A stretch of DNA of 64,000 nucleotides from Camelus ferus. Lineage: Eukaryota. The translations under genes and the position numbers were made by a program. Under the pieces are notes generated by a model. It searched no databases, was not told the DNA's origin, and worked only from the letters and a program-made list of their open reading frames with translations. The stretch lies in NCBI RefSeq assembly GCF_009834535.1, contig NC_045696.1:75208001-75272000 (forward strand). The letters run 5' to 3'. Of this stretch, positions 1 through 14,900 are shown in pieces; the first letter of the stretch is position 1, and each line of letters opens with the position of its first letter.

Positions 1-3000
1 TGTGGTTTCTCAGACAAACCAAGTGGAATCTTCTAAATGGACTTGGATATTTGCTGGGCTAACTTGAGAGTTTTTAGTATTCAAAGTGTTACTTATTCAG
101 CCAGATACTGTGACATTTTCAAAGAAACTGAGAGTTGGAAGGCCTCTTTGTTGGTGTTAGCACAAAACCAGTTTGTTGCAAATGGCTTGGCTCCTAGGGT
201 TTCTGTTAGACCGTTGCCTGAGCTGTATTTAGGGCGCTCACTTTTTCTGGGAAAGCTTAAAAATTTCCGGCTAATTATGACTTTCTAGAGATGGACCTAA
301 GAGTTGCATTTGCACCAAATTCTGTATGTGTCACAGCTATTGGAAAGGAAGGAATATATTTTACATGCAATATGAGTACCCAGTCTGAACACTGTGCTTT
401 CTTCTCAGCATTGCTAGATGTCAGCTACAGCCGCTGAATGCTTTTGGTTAGAGATAGACACTGTTAATTGTTCCAAAATGATACTTCTGTCATGCTTAAG
501 GATGGTGCCAGGACAGTCCATTTGTTTGCTCACCACGGGAAGGAGCTAAGTGTTAGGGTTTGCAGCTGCCTCACAAACTGCTGGACTTACAATGCAGTGA
601 ATAAAAGAGCGGAGCTTTGATGTCTCTCCAACTGGAGGAGGCTGATGAGTTTGTACAGACCTAAGTTGAAAGCATTATGTGGATGTCTAGTTGTTGAAGT
701 CACCATGGTGATGCAGATGCTGAGTGATGCTTCCTGTAATATCTCTGTGACCAGCTCTCTCACTGCATGGTCCAAGAAGGAATTGTTTTCTTAAATGTCA
801 CATTGTGTGGAAACCCTAAGGGGTAGGGAGAACCTATCCCTTCCTTTCTTCACATGCTTTTTAAATGAATTTACTCCAAAACAAGCAATAAAAGGGGCAG
901 TTGGATCTGTGCTAGTCCAAAGAGGTATTTATCAACCCCAAAGGATAAGGTCCTTAAGAAAAACATGGAGAAATTCTTCAGTAACTGATGAATAGCAATA
1001 GTTGCTTAAGTTAGATTTTCTAATTCTAGATCTCCTTTCCCCATATATTATCACTCCTTCCTTTTAAAGTAGTTTCTATTTCTTAGCAATTCTTTCGTCT
1101 TAGCATGTTATCAGTTGGCACTTAAGGGAACCTCTTGTCTCTGACTGACACCAAAATTTTCCTGCATCTCTCGTTGAGTGAAAATCAGAATTTTTTTCTT
1201 TTAAATTTTATAAGATAAATGGACAATTCATAGGAAAATTGGAAAGTAAATTCTGAGCATTGGTTTGTTTTGCTCCTTTACCTTCTCAGTTACACTAGTT
1301 TCTCTTCCCTGTGAATGTAGCACTTTTTCTCCTTCAACCAAAATCTGTGTTGGCAGAAGAATCTGATAAGAGTTTGTCCAAATTGCCTGTGGTGGACACC
1401 TATTGTTTTTTCCTTGCCCAGCACCCCTTCCTCTCTTATTTAACACATATCCATTTTCCTGTGGGGAATTATCTGACCCCCACCGGGTGGGGCTGCAGAT
1501 AACATGCCCTGATCTCCATCACTATGGGGGTGGGCCCAGTGGTGAACAGGTGATACGAAGAGAACTGGCATTTTTGAGGCCTGATGCAAATGCTGGGTTT
1601 TTCTCCTTTTCCCATTATAGACACAAGGGATTTTATGAACATGTAGTTGCTGGGGGGTCATCTTTGCTGGTATATGGAGATTACACAAAAGAAGAAACAG
1701 AGCTGAGGGAGAGAGAGAGAAAGAGAGAGACAGAGAGTTGGATGGAGGGAGATTTTTATTAAGAGATGTTGTGATGTCTACCTACAAAAATTTCTGGTCT
1801 GCTAGTAGTGCTAATAGGTGATGGGTTTGTGCAGAGGGCCTTGATGCTTTCTCCACAGCCTGATCTCGTACTACATTGGTAACAAGTCATATGACAACTT
1901 GCATGGGCTTAGGGATTAAATTTGTTTTAGAAGAACTTGGCTGAAGAACAAGTCTGAAAGTCCTAATTAAGTTATTATGTTGTTTGAGAGACCAACTTCT
2001 CTTCCCATCTAAATGAAACACCTCCTCATAAAGTCACTACTGGAATGCACAGAATGACATTCACTTTCAATTCCTTGGCACTGCACTGGAGAATGATACC
2101 TTAGCCAAGACGAACCCATGGCACAATTGTAGCAACATTTTGTTAGGAAAACATCTATGCTCCTAAGCAATCTGGTCACTTAGACAACAGTCTGGTTGTC
2201 ATAAAGTTGAATAAGGACGTAAGGTAAAATTTCAGATAGCGTTACTTCTCAGAAGGCCAAACCACACTTGAGAGGTGGTGCAGAATTAAAATTCACGTGG
2301 ACATTATAAGGTTTAGCTAGCTCATCAGTTTAACTCATCCATGAATGTTTAGGTTCTAATGGTTATATTATTAACCTTTTAAAGTTGATGTCATTTATGC
2401 TACCTTTATACATTTCATTTATGTCATAATTCTGTCTTATGTTCTAAACAAATGGAAATTGCTCTTTCCTTACACTCCTTCCATTTTTTAGTAAAATAAC
2501 ACTAATAGAGTAAGTAAGTAATAAGAATATTGATCTGGTTTTGTGTGGATTTAGTGAGTAGGTATTATAGGGAGTCAGATTTCAAATTATCAGGAAAATT
2601 TTTAACATTGTCTTATTAACTGATAACCTATGCCATTACTGGTAGGATTCAAGTAGTAACTATCCCTGTCTAGATGATCCCTGCTAAGGATTAGAAGGAT
2701 GCATTGGTGTGAGTTTTGGGCACAATGGCATTTTAAGTTATTCTAGCTCCAAGAAACCATATACTACTAGTGGTTATACTACTACTATTAATATGACTTC
2801 TACATTTTACTATTAATAGTATTAATTGCCATTTGGTAAACATCTATTATATACTACATATATTACTAGGCATTTAACATATACATCCTGATTAGGCTTC
2901 ACATCAACACTTTGTAGATATTATCCACACCAGTGTGAATTAGAGATCTGTTTTCTGTTTTTTCTTGTGCCTTATTTTGGTCCTTCTAGTAGATTACAAA

Positions 3001-3949
3001 CTCATTCTTAAGAGAGAAGTCAGTGTTGTATACTTTGTATTATTCCTTACAGTTGCTGCAAATGTAAAAGAGTGGAACAGATTCAACTGAAAAATTATCT
3101 GTTCAGTCCTCCTTCCCTTCCAAACCTCAGCATCCCTCAGTGTTATCTAAAAGATCCCAAAGTCATGGAAGTGGTTACCACAGTGGGAAAGCTATAGGTT
3201 GGGTATTTTCTCAGCTTTCTGCCATCTTAGTATCTGTGTAAGCTTGGGGAGGTTACTTAATATCTGAGCTTCAACATTGTCATCTGTAGGATGGAATAAT
3301 AATAGTGCTCCCTGTAATAGGGTTGTTATAAATATTAAGTTAGTTAACACATGCAAAGCATTTAAAACATTATTAGTCCCAGTTCTTTCTCCTTTAATAA
3401 TGAGTATCTAATTGTGTATACATTTAAATTACTTTAAGAGGTTGTTGCTTATTGGAATTCAAGAAGTCACTAGTTAACTCCTTTTCTGTGTTGTTATTTT
3501 GAGGTTTCTACATTTTTATCTGGTTCATCAGTTGGGAATTTTTAATTAAATTCCAGAGGAAAATAAAAAATAAAAAATAAATTATCTAGTAATTTTACTT
3601 GCATGTGTTTCACCCATAGATCACTTAAAGGGAAGCCCAAGGAACATTAAAGATTATAAATTTTTGTCTTTCATAGTCACAAAGATCTCTCTATCATCTT
3701 CAGAATTATGTTTTTCAGATGGAGTAGGAATCAAGTTTTCTATCATATTTTCTAAATATTCATAATATTGCTTATATGTATTTGAGTAATTAAAAGGGAA
3801 TTTTCTTTATAATCTCTTTAAATAACTTTAAAAACAGTTAATCGTATGTCTTTGGACTGCCATGGGCTTGTCAGCTGAGAATGCAAGAGGTATTCAAATC
3901 TTGCTGATGTAATGGATTTAAAAAAAAATTTAAATTACACATTTGAAGT

Positions 3950-5417
3950 CCTGATTATACCCTATGGATTTATTTGCTTTTGAAAATTCAAGCTATGAAT
4001 TACAGTATTGCAGAATACTTTCTACTTCATCAAATTAGTTTCACCATTCATTCCACAAATATGACTTGTAAAATTTTGCAATGCCTAGAAAACCTTGATA
4101 CTACAGTATAAAAAGGTACTTAAATATAGATGAGAAAGATAGATGTTTATCTTCTTCTTCTGATACTGATGTTAAATAAAAGATGGAATGTTTTTGTTTA
4201 AAACCAATCCCTCATTCCTCCCCTCCCCACCCCAAACACCACAAGTGAATGGCAATGTGAACAAAGGCTTCCTTTAAATCTGTTATTCAGTTAAACTGTG
4301 TGTTAGGAAAAAAAGATGTATATAAAATCTAGCAACAAAAAAGGGAACTGTAAATAGAAAAGTAAAACATGTAGAGGAGACAAATATTCTGTGCATATAG
4401 CTTTAAAATCCCAATGGGGAACACTTGTCAGAAAGAGAGACTACACACTCATTAATTTAAACATAAATTCCCAAAGAGCAATGTTCCAATGTGTTAATTT
4501 GCCACAATAGGTTTACCCATTGAAATCAGTCCACCAGTCTTGACCAGCAAGTAGGATCTTAATTTTACCATCTAATGGTTCAGTTGAAATGGAATAAAGA
4601 TTTTCACACAAATACCTTAGTAATGTAGACTTTCCTGGATTGTAATGAGCATCTATTCAACATTGTCAGTTTACAGGTAATGAAACTCCTGGTAAATGTC
4701 ATCTCCTCACACAGTAGCAAGGTCTTACATGGAAAAGGGCTCTGTTCATTTTCTATTTAAATCACAGGAAGAGATTACTGAACTGGTTAATGAAAACAGC
4801 TTATTTTTTGAAATCAGTTAAAAAATCTAAAGTTATGAGTAGAAAGTAGTAAAAGAAAAATAGCTGGCTGGGTTTTCCCCCTTCTTTACAGTGATAGGGT
4901 AGAAATATAAGGAAAATGCATAACGTGTTTTAGTTAGGAAATCTGGTCCCTTCACTTGCTACAGGGCTCAGTTTAGAGCAAGAAAAGAAAAAATATTTTT
5001 GACTGCAGCTTTAGTAAACAATGAATGATGAAAAATATTGCAGAAATACCTTCAAGAGATCTGACAATTCTGAGCACAGACCTTTTCACATTGATATTGT
5101 CTGTATTCCTCTAGGAAGCTTGGCAAATGAATAACTGAGCCCGATTTTGGCCGAAGGAGAGAAGGAAGTATTAGTTCTGGCATTGAACCAAGATTATGAA
5201 AAAAACCCAACCAACAAAAAACCCCAATTATTTCTTCTCCTGAATAATAAAGACATCATGTTTGCATATAGAACAGCTTTTGCATTATTGCTCTACATAT
5301 AAGAATATATTAAGGAACTCATAACAGACTGCACATTACAAACTTAAGGTTCTTTGGTGAAGAATGAAAGAAAACAGTATTTGAGCTTTAAAGAAAATGA
5401 TCTCATCCATTTTGCTT
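3950..5417 (-). other. KCNMB2: Probable KCNMB2 3' UTR (~1.45 kb)
   Basis: AT-rich sequence without evident interspersed repeats after the stop codon, ending near a minus-strand AATAAA. The end point is inferred. Confidence 0.55.
3969..3974 (-). terminator. Candidate polyadenylation signal AATAAA
   Basis: tttatt on the + strand at 3969-3974, with GT/T-rich sequence downstream on the minus strand. Confidence 0.5.
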
Positions 5418-5702
5418 TTATCTATTGATCCGCTGGATCCTCTCACAGAGCAGGGAGAGATACTGTGTGAGTTTCACCATGGCAACGATTGCCACGCCCC
5501 CAGCCATCATACATGTTGGCCAAAAGAGTGAATGGAACACCACATTGGAACTGTAGAGTTTGGTTAGGATGACACTCTTCTGGTTTCCTTCCGGGTCAGA
5601 ATAGCAGGAGAAGTGTTGGTACTTCCTGAAGTTTTCCATGACAACATTCACCAGGGACATGGATTCTTCGAAATTTTTTCCGCACTTAGGTATATAGGAG
5701 CA
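5418..5702 (-). CDS. KCNMB2: KCNMB2 last coding exon (CSYIPKCGKNFEESMSLVNV...LLCERIQRINR*, includes TM2)
   Basis: ORF 5418..5660(-) extended to the ttccacag|TGCTCC acceptor at 5703-5704. 285 nt. The four exons sum to 708 nt = 235 aa + stop. Confidence 0.97.
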   Translation of the reverse strand, partial: CSYIPKCGKNFEESMSLVNVVMENFRKYQHFSCYSDPEGNQKSVILTKLYSSNVVFHSLFWPTCMMAGGVAIVAMVKLTQYLSLLCERIQRINR

Positions 5703-5738
5703 CTGTGGAAAATGAGATAAACTGTCACCAGAAGATAC

Positions 5739-5756
5739 TGTGTGTGTGTGTGTGTG
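5739..5756. repeat. (TG)n microsatellite near the last-exon acceptor
   Basis: Direct read. Confidence 0.95.
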
Positions 5757-8700
5757 TTACTAGGAGGGGATGGGGTATTGAGGCCAACTTAATGATCTAT
5801 AAGATAACCTTGATGGCTATTCTTTTCATATTCAAACTAGTGCCTCCTAAAACCCTAAGAACTCATACACTGATAAAAACAATGTTTTTAGGTACCCGGT
5901 CAAGATGTACTTTGCTAGCTCGCTCATGCAGCTTAAATATTGATTAAAATCGGATAACTTCACTGGATTCTTTCTGCCATAGCAAAGCATGGTGAGTGTT
6001 AATTATTCCCTGTAGAACATACTTTTCCGTGGAATCAGAGTGTCAACCTTTCTGTCTTTGTCTATCCACAGCTGTCCATGTAATATTAGAAGCTACCAGT
6101 TCTCTCAGGGGAAGTAGTTTACTCATCTTTTTGACTTGGCTTAATTTTTTTTCATCCAAATCATCTTGGTCAACTTGATACTGTAGTCAAGAAAACAGGT
6201 ATCCCCGAGTTGCTAAAAAAGAATCTTGGAAGGTGTAGGGATATTGAATAGTTAAAGAGCTGTGATAAATGGTTCATGCCTAGTTAGCATGACAAGGTAG
6301 CTTTTTCCATAAAGCAAGGAAAAATAAGGCAAAATCAATTCAGTTAGTTTACTCTTAAATTGGCACCCATCTGAGAATTACAATATCTTTCCTTTGATCT
6401 TTTCACCTCTTATCTTTCTTCTATATATCTTCTATATATCTTTTCTATATATCTTTCCTTTTTTCTTTTTTCTACGTACTTATATCCTTTGACTTCTTTC
6501 TTTGCATCTCTCTTTTTCTTCCCTGCCCTCCCTCCCAGCCCTCACCCCTCTGTTATATTTTCCCCTCTGTTCCCTCTTCCTGCTCTTTCTCCTTCTCTCT
6601 CTCTCCTCTGGATACAGATGGAATTAAAGAAGTTTGTAGTTTTTCTTTTTATTATTTAGGGATTTTTTAAAAATACATTTTTCTTGATTTAAAAAGCAGT
6701 CTCTAAGGACATGAAATCTCTGTTACTCTCTTCTTTGGTCTGTAAATGAGCAGTGACAAAACTGATATAACAATGAATCTAACCTTTTAAAAAGTTAAGA
6801 AAAAAGTGATTTAAGTCACTTCTCTGTGAGATGTGCCAGTCCTTGGTTTACTCTTTCCCCTGTTTATGGTAGAGTGCTTCCCAATGGGAAAAAAAATCTG
6901 TCCCTTGTTATACACATTATCAAATAATTAATTTAACAGCTCTATTTGAATTAAATTGGTTTGTAATAAGATTACTGCTAATCTATATAGGATTTTAATG
7001 TGAATTAGAAAACTATGCCCCCTCTTCAAAATATGATTATTTTCTGTTGAAAAGTTGTAGTAATACACTGCTTTTATGGAAAAACCCCACATATTTTGTA
7101 TTACCAGTTTATAAGTTGTGATATAAATATTTACATCTATGACTTTTTACAATGTGATTGGTACACCTAAGATTGTACTGTACACAACTCACACAACAGT
7201 AAGCAGACAAACAATGAGGTGGGCTGTTGGTGAAATTTGAGGTACATTTATGGGAGCTTTGGGGTAGGATTCTGGAATTCCAGAACCAATTTAGACTTGT
7301 AGATTTCACAAGAAGAAAATATAAAAGAAATGGAATGAATTTTACTAATGGAGTATATTTGAATGACTCTTTCCCCTGACTTTATTAGTGGGTGTACTGG
7401 CACCTTGCATTGTTCACTGTGCTGTAATCATTGGATTATTTGTCTGTAGACAGCAGGAAGAGTCTTCAGTTAGTTAAGAATGGAGGATGAACATGTTGAC
7501 ATTTATCATAAACAAGTCTTAAAGTAATGTTTTCATACAAGGGCTGGTTGACACCTTCAAATTTAATCAGCTAGGAATAAGTGTGAGTATACTCATAAGT
7601 GTGAGCACTGCAGAGAGCTGGTACTAGCCCAGCATCAAGCATCTGAAAGTATTTCCAAGAAAGCTGAATTTCTCAGTGAAATATGAAGAAACTTAGTACG
7701 AAAATTGGCCTATGACTGCCTTGAAGCAAATTTTCTACCAACTGGATGCCTTCTGGATCAAAAGAGTTTAAAGCAGTAAGGGAATATCTTTATATTTTTC
7801 CTTCTTCAAAGCTGCCCAGATCATGTCTATAATTTTTTTCAATGCTTTGCTTCAAAAACATTAAAAAAATTTTAAAGACAAGCCATTTGTGGTTGAATTC
7901 AGAAAGAGCCAATTTAGAGTATGAATGCATCAGGCTTCTTTATATTTTGGTGCCAAGATAGCTTATAGTAGTAGTTTCAGTGGCTAATAGTACTAAGTTA
8001 TTGAAATGATCTCAATAAAAATGGCAGTCCATTAAAATGGAATTTTTTTCTTTTATGCTCTTGTGAATTTATTTGGCTTTAAAAATTTTTTTTTTAGGAA
8101 ACAGTTAGCAGCCAATGACAAAAATTTTATCACTATATAAGATTCTCCCAAATAAAATGAGATATGAATTACTTTTGAAACCATCTAGCAAGGTTGTAAT
8201 ACAGAAACTGCTTATTAAAGTTTTAAGCCATCAGGGTCTCAAATATTTATGTTTAGACTGACCAGATGAGACATGTCCCATACATGATCGGACTTGGGTC
8301 CTGAGGGCCAGTTGCACTTAGAAGTAAGTGCAACTCCATGTTACTAGTGGAGAAAACTTTCCTCTGCCCTTGTGTTTTTAGCTTTCTCTAACCTTGCCAC
8401 CCACTGCCTTTCAACACATAAGAGGTCTGGTTACCGTGTTACTGTGTTTCTGTAAGCAAGTTACTTGGCTCCTCAGAATCAACTTCTTTATCTATATAAT
8501 GGGGCTAATAGAGCCTTCCTGGCAGGGTTGTGTGAGGATTAAATGATGAATATGCATAAAACCTCAATAAATTTTCTTTAACTTATTTTCCTATTGGAAT
8601 ATCACATTTGTCCTTATGATCTTCTAAAGTCATTAACCAACTGCCACTTTGGTCTCTTTAAGGAGACCAAATTATATAGTTTTCACAGAAACTGTCCTGT

Positions 8701-11384
8701 TTGATGGCTGTTATCATGTGTTTCTTGCTTTTGTATCCAGAGAGATTTGACATTATGCTGAATCATATATTAGGATTCTAGTTTTCTGTTTCAAACTATA
8801 GCCATGTGTATGTTTCTGAGGCTGGTATAAATTTGGGTCAAGATTTAGTGATCTTATGATTTCACCACATGTTTAGAGGATAATTTCACATGATTGGTTT
8901 AGAACCCATAGAATTCATTTCAGCAAATGAAAACTTTTGTAAGTGATCTATGCTTAATTGAAAAAATGTAATATAGATTGAAAAGATAAAAATGCTAGCA
9001 TTTTTAGATCATTCTTTTTTTTGGTAGAAGTTACAGGCTAGATTTACTTTTAGACTGCATGACAGAAAACACAAAGGAACATGTGAATAGTAATTTTATA
9101 TACACAAGACCCTCAAAATATGTTAATATTATTTTTTACTGTGGCTATGTGTTATATTCTTTCTTTTGTGCCTAACATATGAATATATAAACCTAGCAAA
9201 ACTCTGAGGCAGCCATTCAGGGGAAGACTTATACTCGCATCTCTCTTCTTAACCCTGAATTGAGTTAATAACCCTCTGTGCTTTCTCCACTCCCTTAAGT
9301 TCTCTTTAGTATTGAAAACACAGAGATGGCCCTGCAGCATGACCTTTCTTCTCTCAGTTGAGAAAACAGCCTGGGTCTCGTCACCTTCTCCTGGCTGTCC
9401 TTTCCCTTATGACGAAGATCCAGCAATTTCATCTTCTTTCCAATTTTTCAGAAGCAACTGAAAATTTTCTTTTTCTAGCCTCCCAGAATCTTTCATATCA
9501 ATAGAGTTATTTTTATTCTTGTGATAGACAGAAGTTTTAAGAAAGTACCTGTAGGGCTTCTGCTTAGAAATGCTTCACTAGGCATGTGTGAAGCAAAGTG
9601 ACAAGCCTTCACCTTGAAAATAAAAGCTGTGGGGAGGAGTGGGGACAGTGAGAGGTGGGTGTTTGGCTGGTCATCCTTACTGGTCAGCTTCCTTTTCCTT
9701 TTGGTGGTAGGGAGGAACTCAAATCTCAGGATCACCTCAGAGGAAGGGTTTATTCTTCATTTGTTCTATTATAAAAAGGGCAGAGTCTTATTTCAGAGAA
9801 AGGTTAGTTAATGAAATCTAATCAATATTTATTGAGTGTCTATAATGTGCCAGGTTGTGTGCTGGATATAGGCATCAACACCTGTAGTTTAAAATATATC
9901 GTTACAGAGAAGTAGGAAAAGGGTAGGGGTAATGAAATGGGACCAGGAACAGGGCTGAAAAGGCTCTCAGTAAAGACTCTGCCCTTCACAGAAGTGGGCC
10001 ACAAATTTGTTCTCAGGACGCTGTGGTAGCTAGGGCACACTGGTCTCCAAAGCCCAGGACATAGAAACAAAAACACTGCTTGTGTGAAACATAAATACTC
10101 TTGGTTCCAGAGTCAGATGGAACTTTTTCGGTGCCCTCAGACAATGAATATTGTGCACATGTTTATTAAGCATGTATGATGAACCAGGCTTTGTGTTCTG
10201 TGCTGGAGAAGACTCAATCCCTAGGTTCAAAGGATGCAGAGATTCCCAGCTGGCAGCTTTGGAGTACTGTGGCCCACAACTATATTCTGAACTTTTGAGT
10301 TCTTTGAACATTAGTCATGGACAGAGGAGGTGAGATAGTAAATTGGGATTTTTTTTCATTCCCTTTTGAGACTTCCTGCTCCTTACCATCACTTTTCAAA
10401 AAGTGAATCCCACAAAATTTAGTTTAAACTTTTAAAATTTGTACTTCGAGCATCTGCTTGATTTTGGCAAGTGGGACTATTTGAAATATTTGGTAGAGGA
10501 GAGGAAAACAGTATTCACACTCTATTATTGCACTGTGGTTTCCTGCAGTTTTAAGATACAGGTCCCTCCAGAGATTTTCCTTTTCTGTTTCCCAGAGCTT
10601 TCACATTTATTGTCGCATTTCTGCTTGATGTGGAGTAGAAGAGATGCTTAAAAGACTTAGGAAATCCACTAATGAAATAGAAGCCATGTGGAGCCTCAGG
10701 ATTAGTCAATAACCACAATAGATTAAACCATGGAGCCGTCAGGTCCATTATGTATCCAGTTAGGCTGAGAGTAAGTCAGATATCTTATCTGACCTTGCCC
10801 TTCATGGTGGTCCTCCTTCTCAGCAATCGGAAAGGAGCAGGTTCCCTCTGCATGCTTTTCTTCTTGATGCTCAGTGCAAGCTGTTTGGGAGCACATTCTT
10901 CCCTTCATTTCTGCACAAAGGTGCCCTTAGCTGTGCCAGAATTCAGTTTTAGTGAGCAGTGACTAAATTTTGTCAATCACAGAAGCATTTCTGAATATAT
11001 GGTCCATAGGGAGTTTCTGAACATGTCTAATAAATATCTCTAAATTTAGATAATTATGGGGCTGTCATGGGTCAAAATTTCCAGGAATATTTCCCCCCTC
11101 TTTTCAGGGTGAATTTCTATTTAATATCCACTCTGTGTAAGCTGGTATTGAATATACAATCTTGACTATCCCTATGGATAGTTCTATTCCTTGTTCATGA
11201 CTTTTGCTTAATCCTAAGCACCTCTTGGAATATAATGAAATAGCATAGGTTATCACATATTGACTAAAATATACCATCAGAAGGATAATATTTTACAGAA
11301 TTTAGGTTTTTTTAAATCTATTTTTCCTTATTCTTTTAAGAGGATGCTCTAATGCTTTGCTTTTTAAGAGATAGCATGATAGAA

Positions 11385-11610
11385 GCAAAGAGACTTAGAT
11401 TTTAATTCAGAGCTAATTAGTGAATGTGTGACCCTGGGAAAATTATTTCATTTTCTGAGCTTAGCTTCATTATTGTGAAGTGGAGATGGTAGTGGTACCT
11501 AATATGTGGGATTGCTGCTGTAATTAAACAAATGAGCTCATGTAAAATATTTAGTACTATATAGTGCCTGGCACATTGTAAACTCTTGATAAAATTTGGC
11601 TATTATTACT
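11385..11610 (+). mobile_element. MIR SINE
   Basis: tgtgtgaccctgggaaa...ctgagcttagcttc...agtgcctggcacattgtaaactc. Confidence 0.75.
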
Positions 11611-11871
11611 TTAGGAATAGGGATTTATTCAGGATGAAATGTGATGATTTTTATAAAATTCTTAGTGTAGTGCTGAGCATGGAGTATATAGTAAACACTT
11701 AGTAATTGTGGATCCCTCTTTGTTTTCCCATTTAAATTCTCAGCTTCAATTTATTTTCTTCCCTTTTCTTCTTATCCCACCAACGCTGTGCAGAGGAACT
11801 CAATGCTTACAAGCTTTGATTAGAATTCCAGAATCTCAGCATCCAAGCTAAAAGCTAAACAAAATCTAAAG

Positions 11872-12069
11872 CAGTGGTTCTTCCATTGTCTGGAGACATT
11901 TTTAGTTGCCACACTTGGAGGGAGGGTGATGCTAGGTATCTAGTGAGTGGAGGCCAGGGATGCTGCTAAACCTCCCACAATGTACAGAACAGGTCTCCCC
12001 ACTACCCTCACAGACAATAAAGAAATATTCAGCCCCAAATGTTAATAGTCCTGAGGCTGAGAAATCCTA
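11872..12069. mobile_element. MER20 (hAT-Charlie) DNA transposon
   Basis: cagtggttct...tgtctggagacattttt...gaggccagggatgctgctaaac...gccccaaatgttaatagt...gaggctgagaaatcct, with tctaaa/tctaga flanks. Confidence 0.85.
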
Positions 12070-13249
12070 GTCTAGATGTGTATACCCCTTGGATTTGGGG
12101 AACCCAGAAGGCTTCAGACTTGGTGACAAAATGAGGGTGTGATGCTGGTTTGGAGTTATAAATAACTGGCTGATTTATAGCAGTTATTCTTCGCCCCAAA
12201 TAGCTGTCTTCCTCATGACAGTTATATATAAAATACCAAATATATGGTATTATACTACATAGCGAAAATGGATATATTTTCTTATTTTCCACAATTCTTT
12301 AAAAATCTACTCTTAAACCAGATGGGCATGTTTTTGGGGAATCTCTGGGTAAACAAGGTTTTAAACTCTCAGAGGAGATCAGCATTGAGAAATTTAACAA
12401 CCACAGTGAATTAATACTCAGTCACTGTTTGTGATTTCAGTGACAGCCTTGCAGCCAGGAGAGTCAGGGGCTCTTGAGCCTACTTGTAGCTCCCAGGGAC
12501 TGCTAGTCAGCCAGATGCTTCACAAGAGAGCATGCCAGCTTATCAGCTTAAGCAGCTTCAGTTGTAATGTTGACAAGAGGCTGGTCACTGAATTTAAAAA
12601 CTAAAGAAAAAGAATACATAAGAGAACATGAAAATTTAAAAATAAAACTCTTTTGGATATCTTTCTACAGAGAAGCAGACAGCTTGACTGATATCCTTTT
12701 GCTTCCTGTTGCCTCAGATCAAACTGTCAGTAGTGCCTTATGTATCTCAATAAAACCATGCCCATTTTTTGGTAACTATGGGAAAGACTACTACTTTTGG
12801 TGAGCTTAGGGGAGAGTAACAGGAAGGAGAGGTCAAGATAGAGAATATTTCCATTTTTTTCCCCAGGCATGTCCTGCATATTTTTCATGCTACATTAAGA
12901 TCATGGTTTAATGACATTTTGACATGGAGATAACTGTATTTTCAATGCATATATTTCTGATTAAAGGCAGAGGATAGCTATCCAGAGAGTGAAGAACTAC
13001 TGGGCTAGGAAGGGGAGCCTACTGTTTGGTGTTACCTTTCTCCTGGGAGTGTCTGTCAATTCTAGAAGGAGGAGGCTGAGATCCTAGAAGGCTGGGTGGA
13101 ACTTTTGACAGCCTTGCAGAGCTAGAAGCAGGGATTATCATGAAGGGCTATCAGGTGGGGGCCCTGATGACCACTATTCACTTTGGGTTGAGACTCTTAT
13201 GAGTTGAGTTCTAGGAGAAATGGTCAACATGAAGAAGACTGATCCTCAC

Positions 13250-14856
13250 AGGGACCTCAGTTCAAACTTGAATATCTTAACTCATGTAGTCAGAATGAGG
13301 TGATCATGAATGGCTGGTGTGCCTAGAGGCCTGGCAGAAGCAAATGGAAATAATTTTTGGAAAAATGACATCATAAAATCAACCTAGGCTTAAAATTGTT
13401 TTTTTAAAATATTTTTTTTCAGATGTGATGTCTGACATCTAATAAAAAAAATAAATAAATAACCAGACATTACAAGACAACATGAAAACAGCCAAGAAAA
13501 GAAGAAGAAGAAGAAGAAAAAAAAAACTAGAATAGGCACATAGGGGCTTCTGATAATGAAGTCATCAAAATAAACTTTCAAATAACTACAATTTTACTTT
13601 TTATCTTGAAGAATTTAAAATACAAGAATTAGAATATTACCCCCCAAAAAGCCTAGAAATTAAAAATATAATAAGAGAAATTAAGAATTCAATGGATGAG
13701 TTTAACAAGAGATTTGTCAGAGCTGAGGAAAGAACTGTAAATCCGAAGATAGGTCAATGTCTAGATTGAAGCTCAGAGAGAAAAAAGGAGGAAATAAAAA
13801 AGAGAGATGAAGAAACACAGGGGATACAATGAGAATACCTAACATATGGTCCATTGGAGTCCAAAAGGGAGAAAGGGGAAAGAACGAGAGCAGAGACAAT
13901 ATTTGATGAGGAAATTATTGAGAACCTTCTAAAACTGACAAAGAACATCAAGGCACAGGGAGAGAGGAGAGGCCCTGGGAACACTAATCAGGCTAAATAG
14001 AAATAAGCGTATACTTTGGCACATAATATAGTTCAACTGTAGAAAACCAAAGAAAATAGTCTTTAAAGTAGACCAAGATTACCTTCAGAAAAGTAGTAAT
14101 TAGACTGAGAGCTGACTTACAAATAGTAACAATGCTCACCAGAAGACAATGGAATGTCTAAAATGTAAGAAAGAAAATAACATCCAACTTAGAATTTTAT
14201 ACTCAGTGAACATATCTTTTGAGAATGAAAATGAAAAGAAAATATTTTCAGACAAATAATGCTGAAAGATTTATTTAGAGCAGATACTGCCCTAAATAAT
14301 TAAAGAGTTTTCTTCAGGAAGAAGAAAAATGATCCCAGATAGAAGGCCAAAGATAAAGAAAGGAATGAAGAACAAGAAAATGGAAAATCAGAGGGATACA
14401 TCTACTACTATAGATAGTATCTACTATAGATAAAAATAGTAATATCTACCTGTGCTTAAATAGATATAGAATAAAAATGTTGATACTATATAAATTGGGA
14501 AGAAAATAAATGGAGTTAAAATGTTTTAATGTCCCTCATTAGTCAGGATTGCATGCTGTAATCACTAAACACTCAAAAGAGTAGTAACAAATCATAATTT
14601 CCAAGAAAATAGAGGGGAAAATGGGCTCATAAAAATAAACCAGTGAAAAAAGGTCATCTTTTCATAAATGGACTTGGGCAAATGGCTATTTGTATGAATA
14701 AAAAAGAAACCCAGAAGCTTGACTTCTACATAAAAATCAATTCCAGGCAGATTGTACTCTAAACCTGAAAGAAGAAACAATAACACTTACAGAAGATCAT
14801 TTGGGAGAATGACTTCATGACCTTTGGATAGGTAAAGACTTTTTAAACAGGACAAC

Positions 14857-14900
<44 letters not shown>

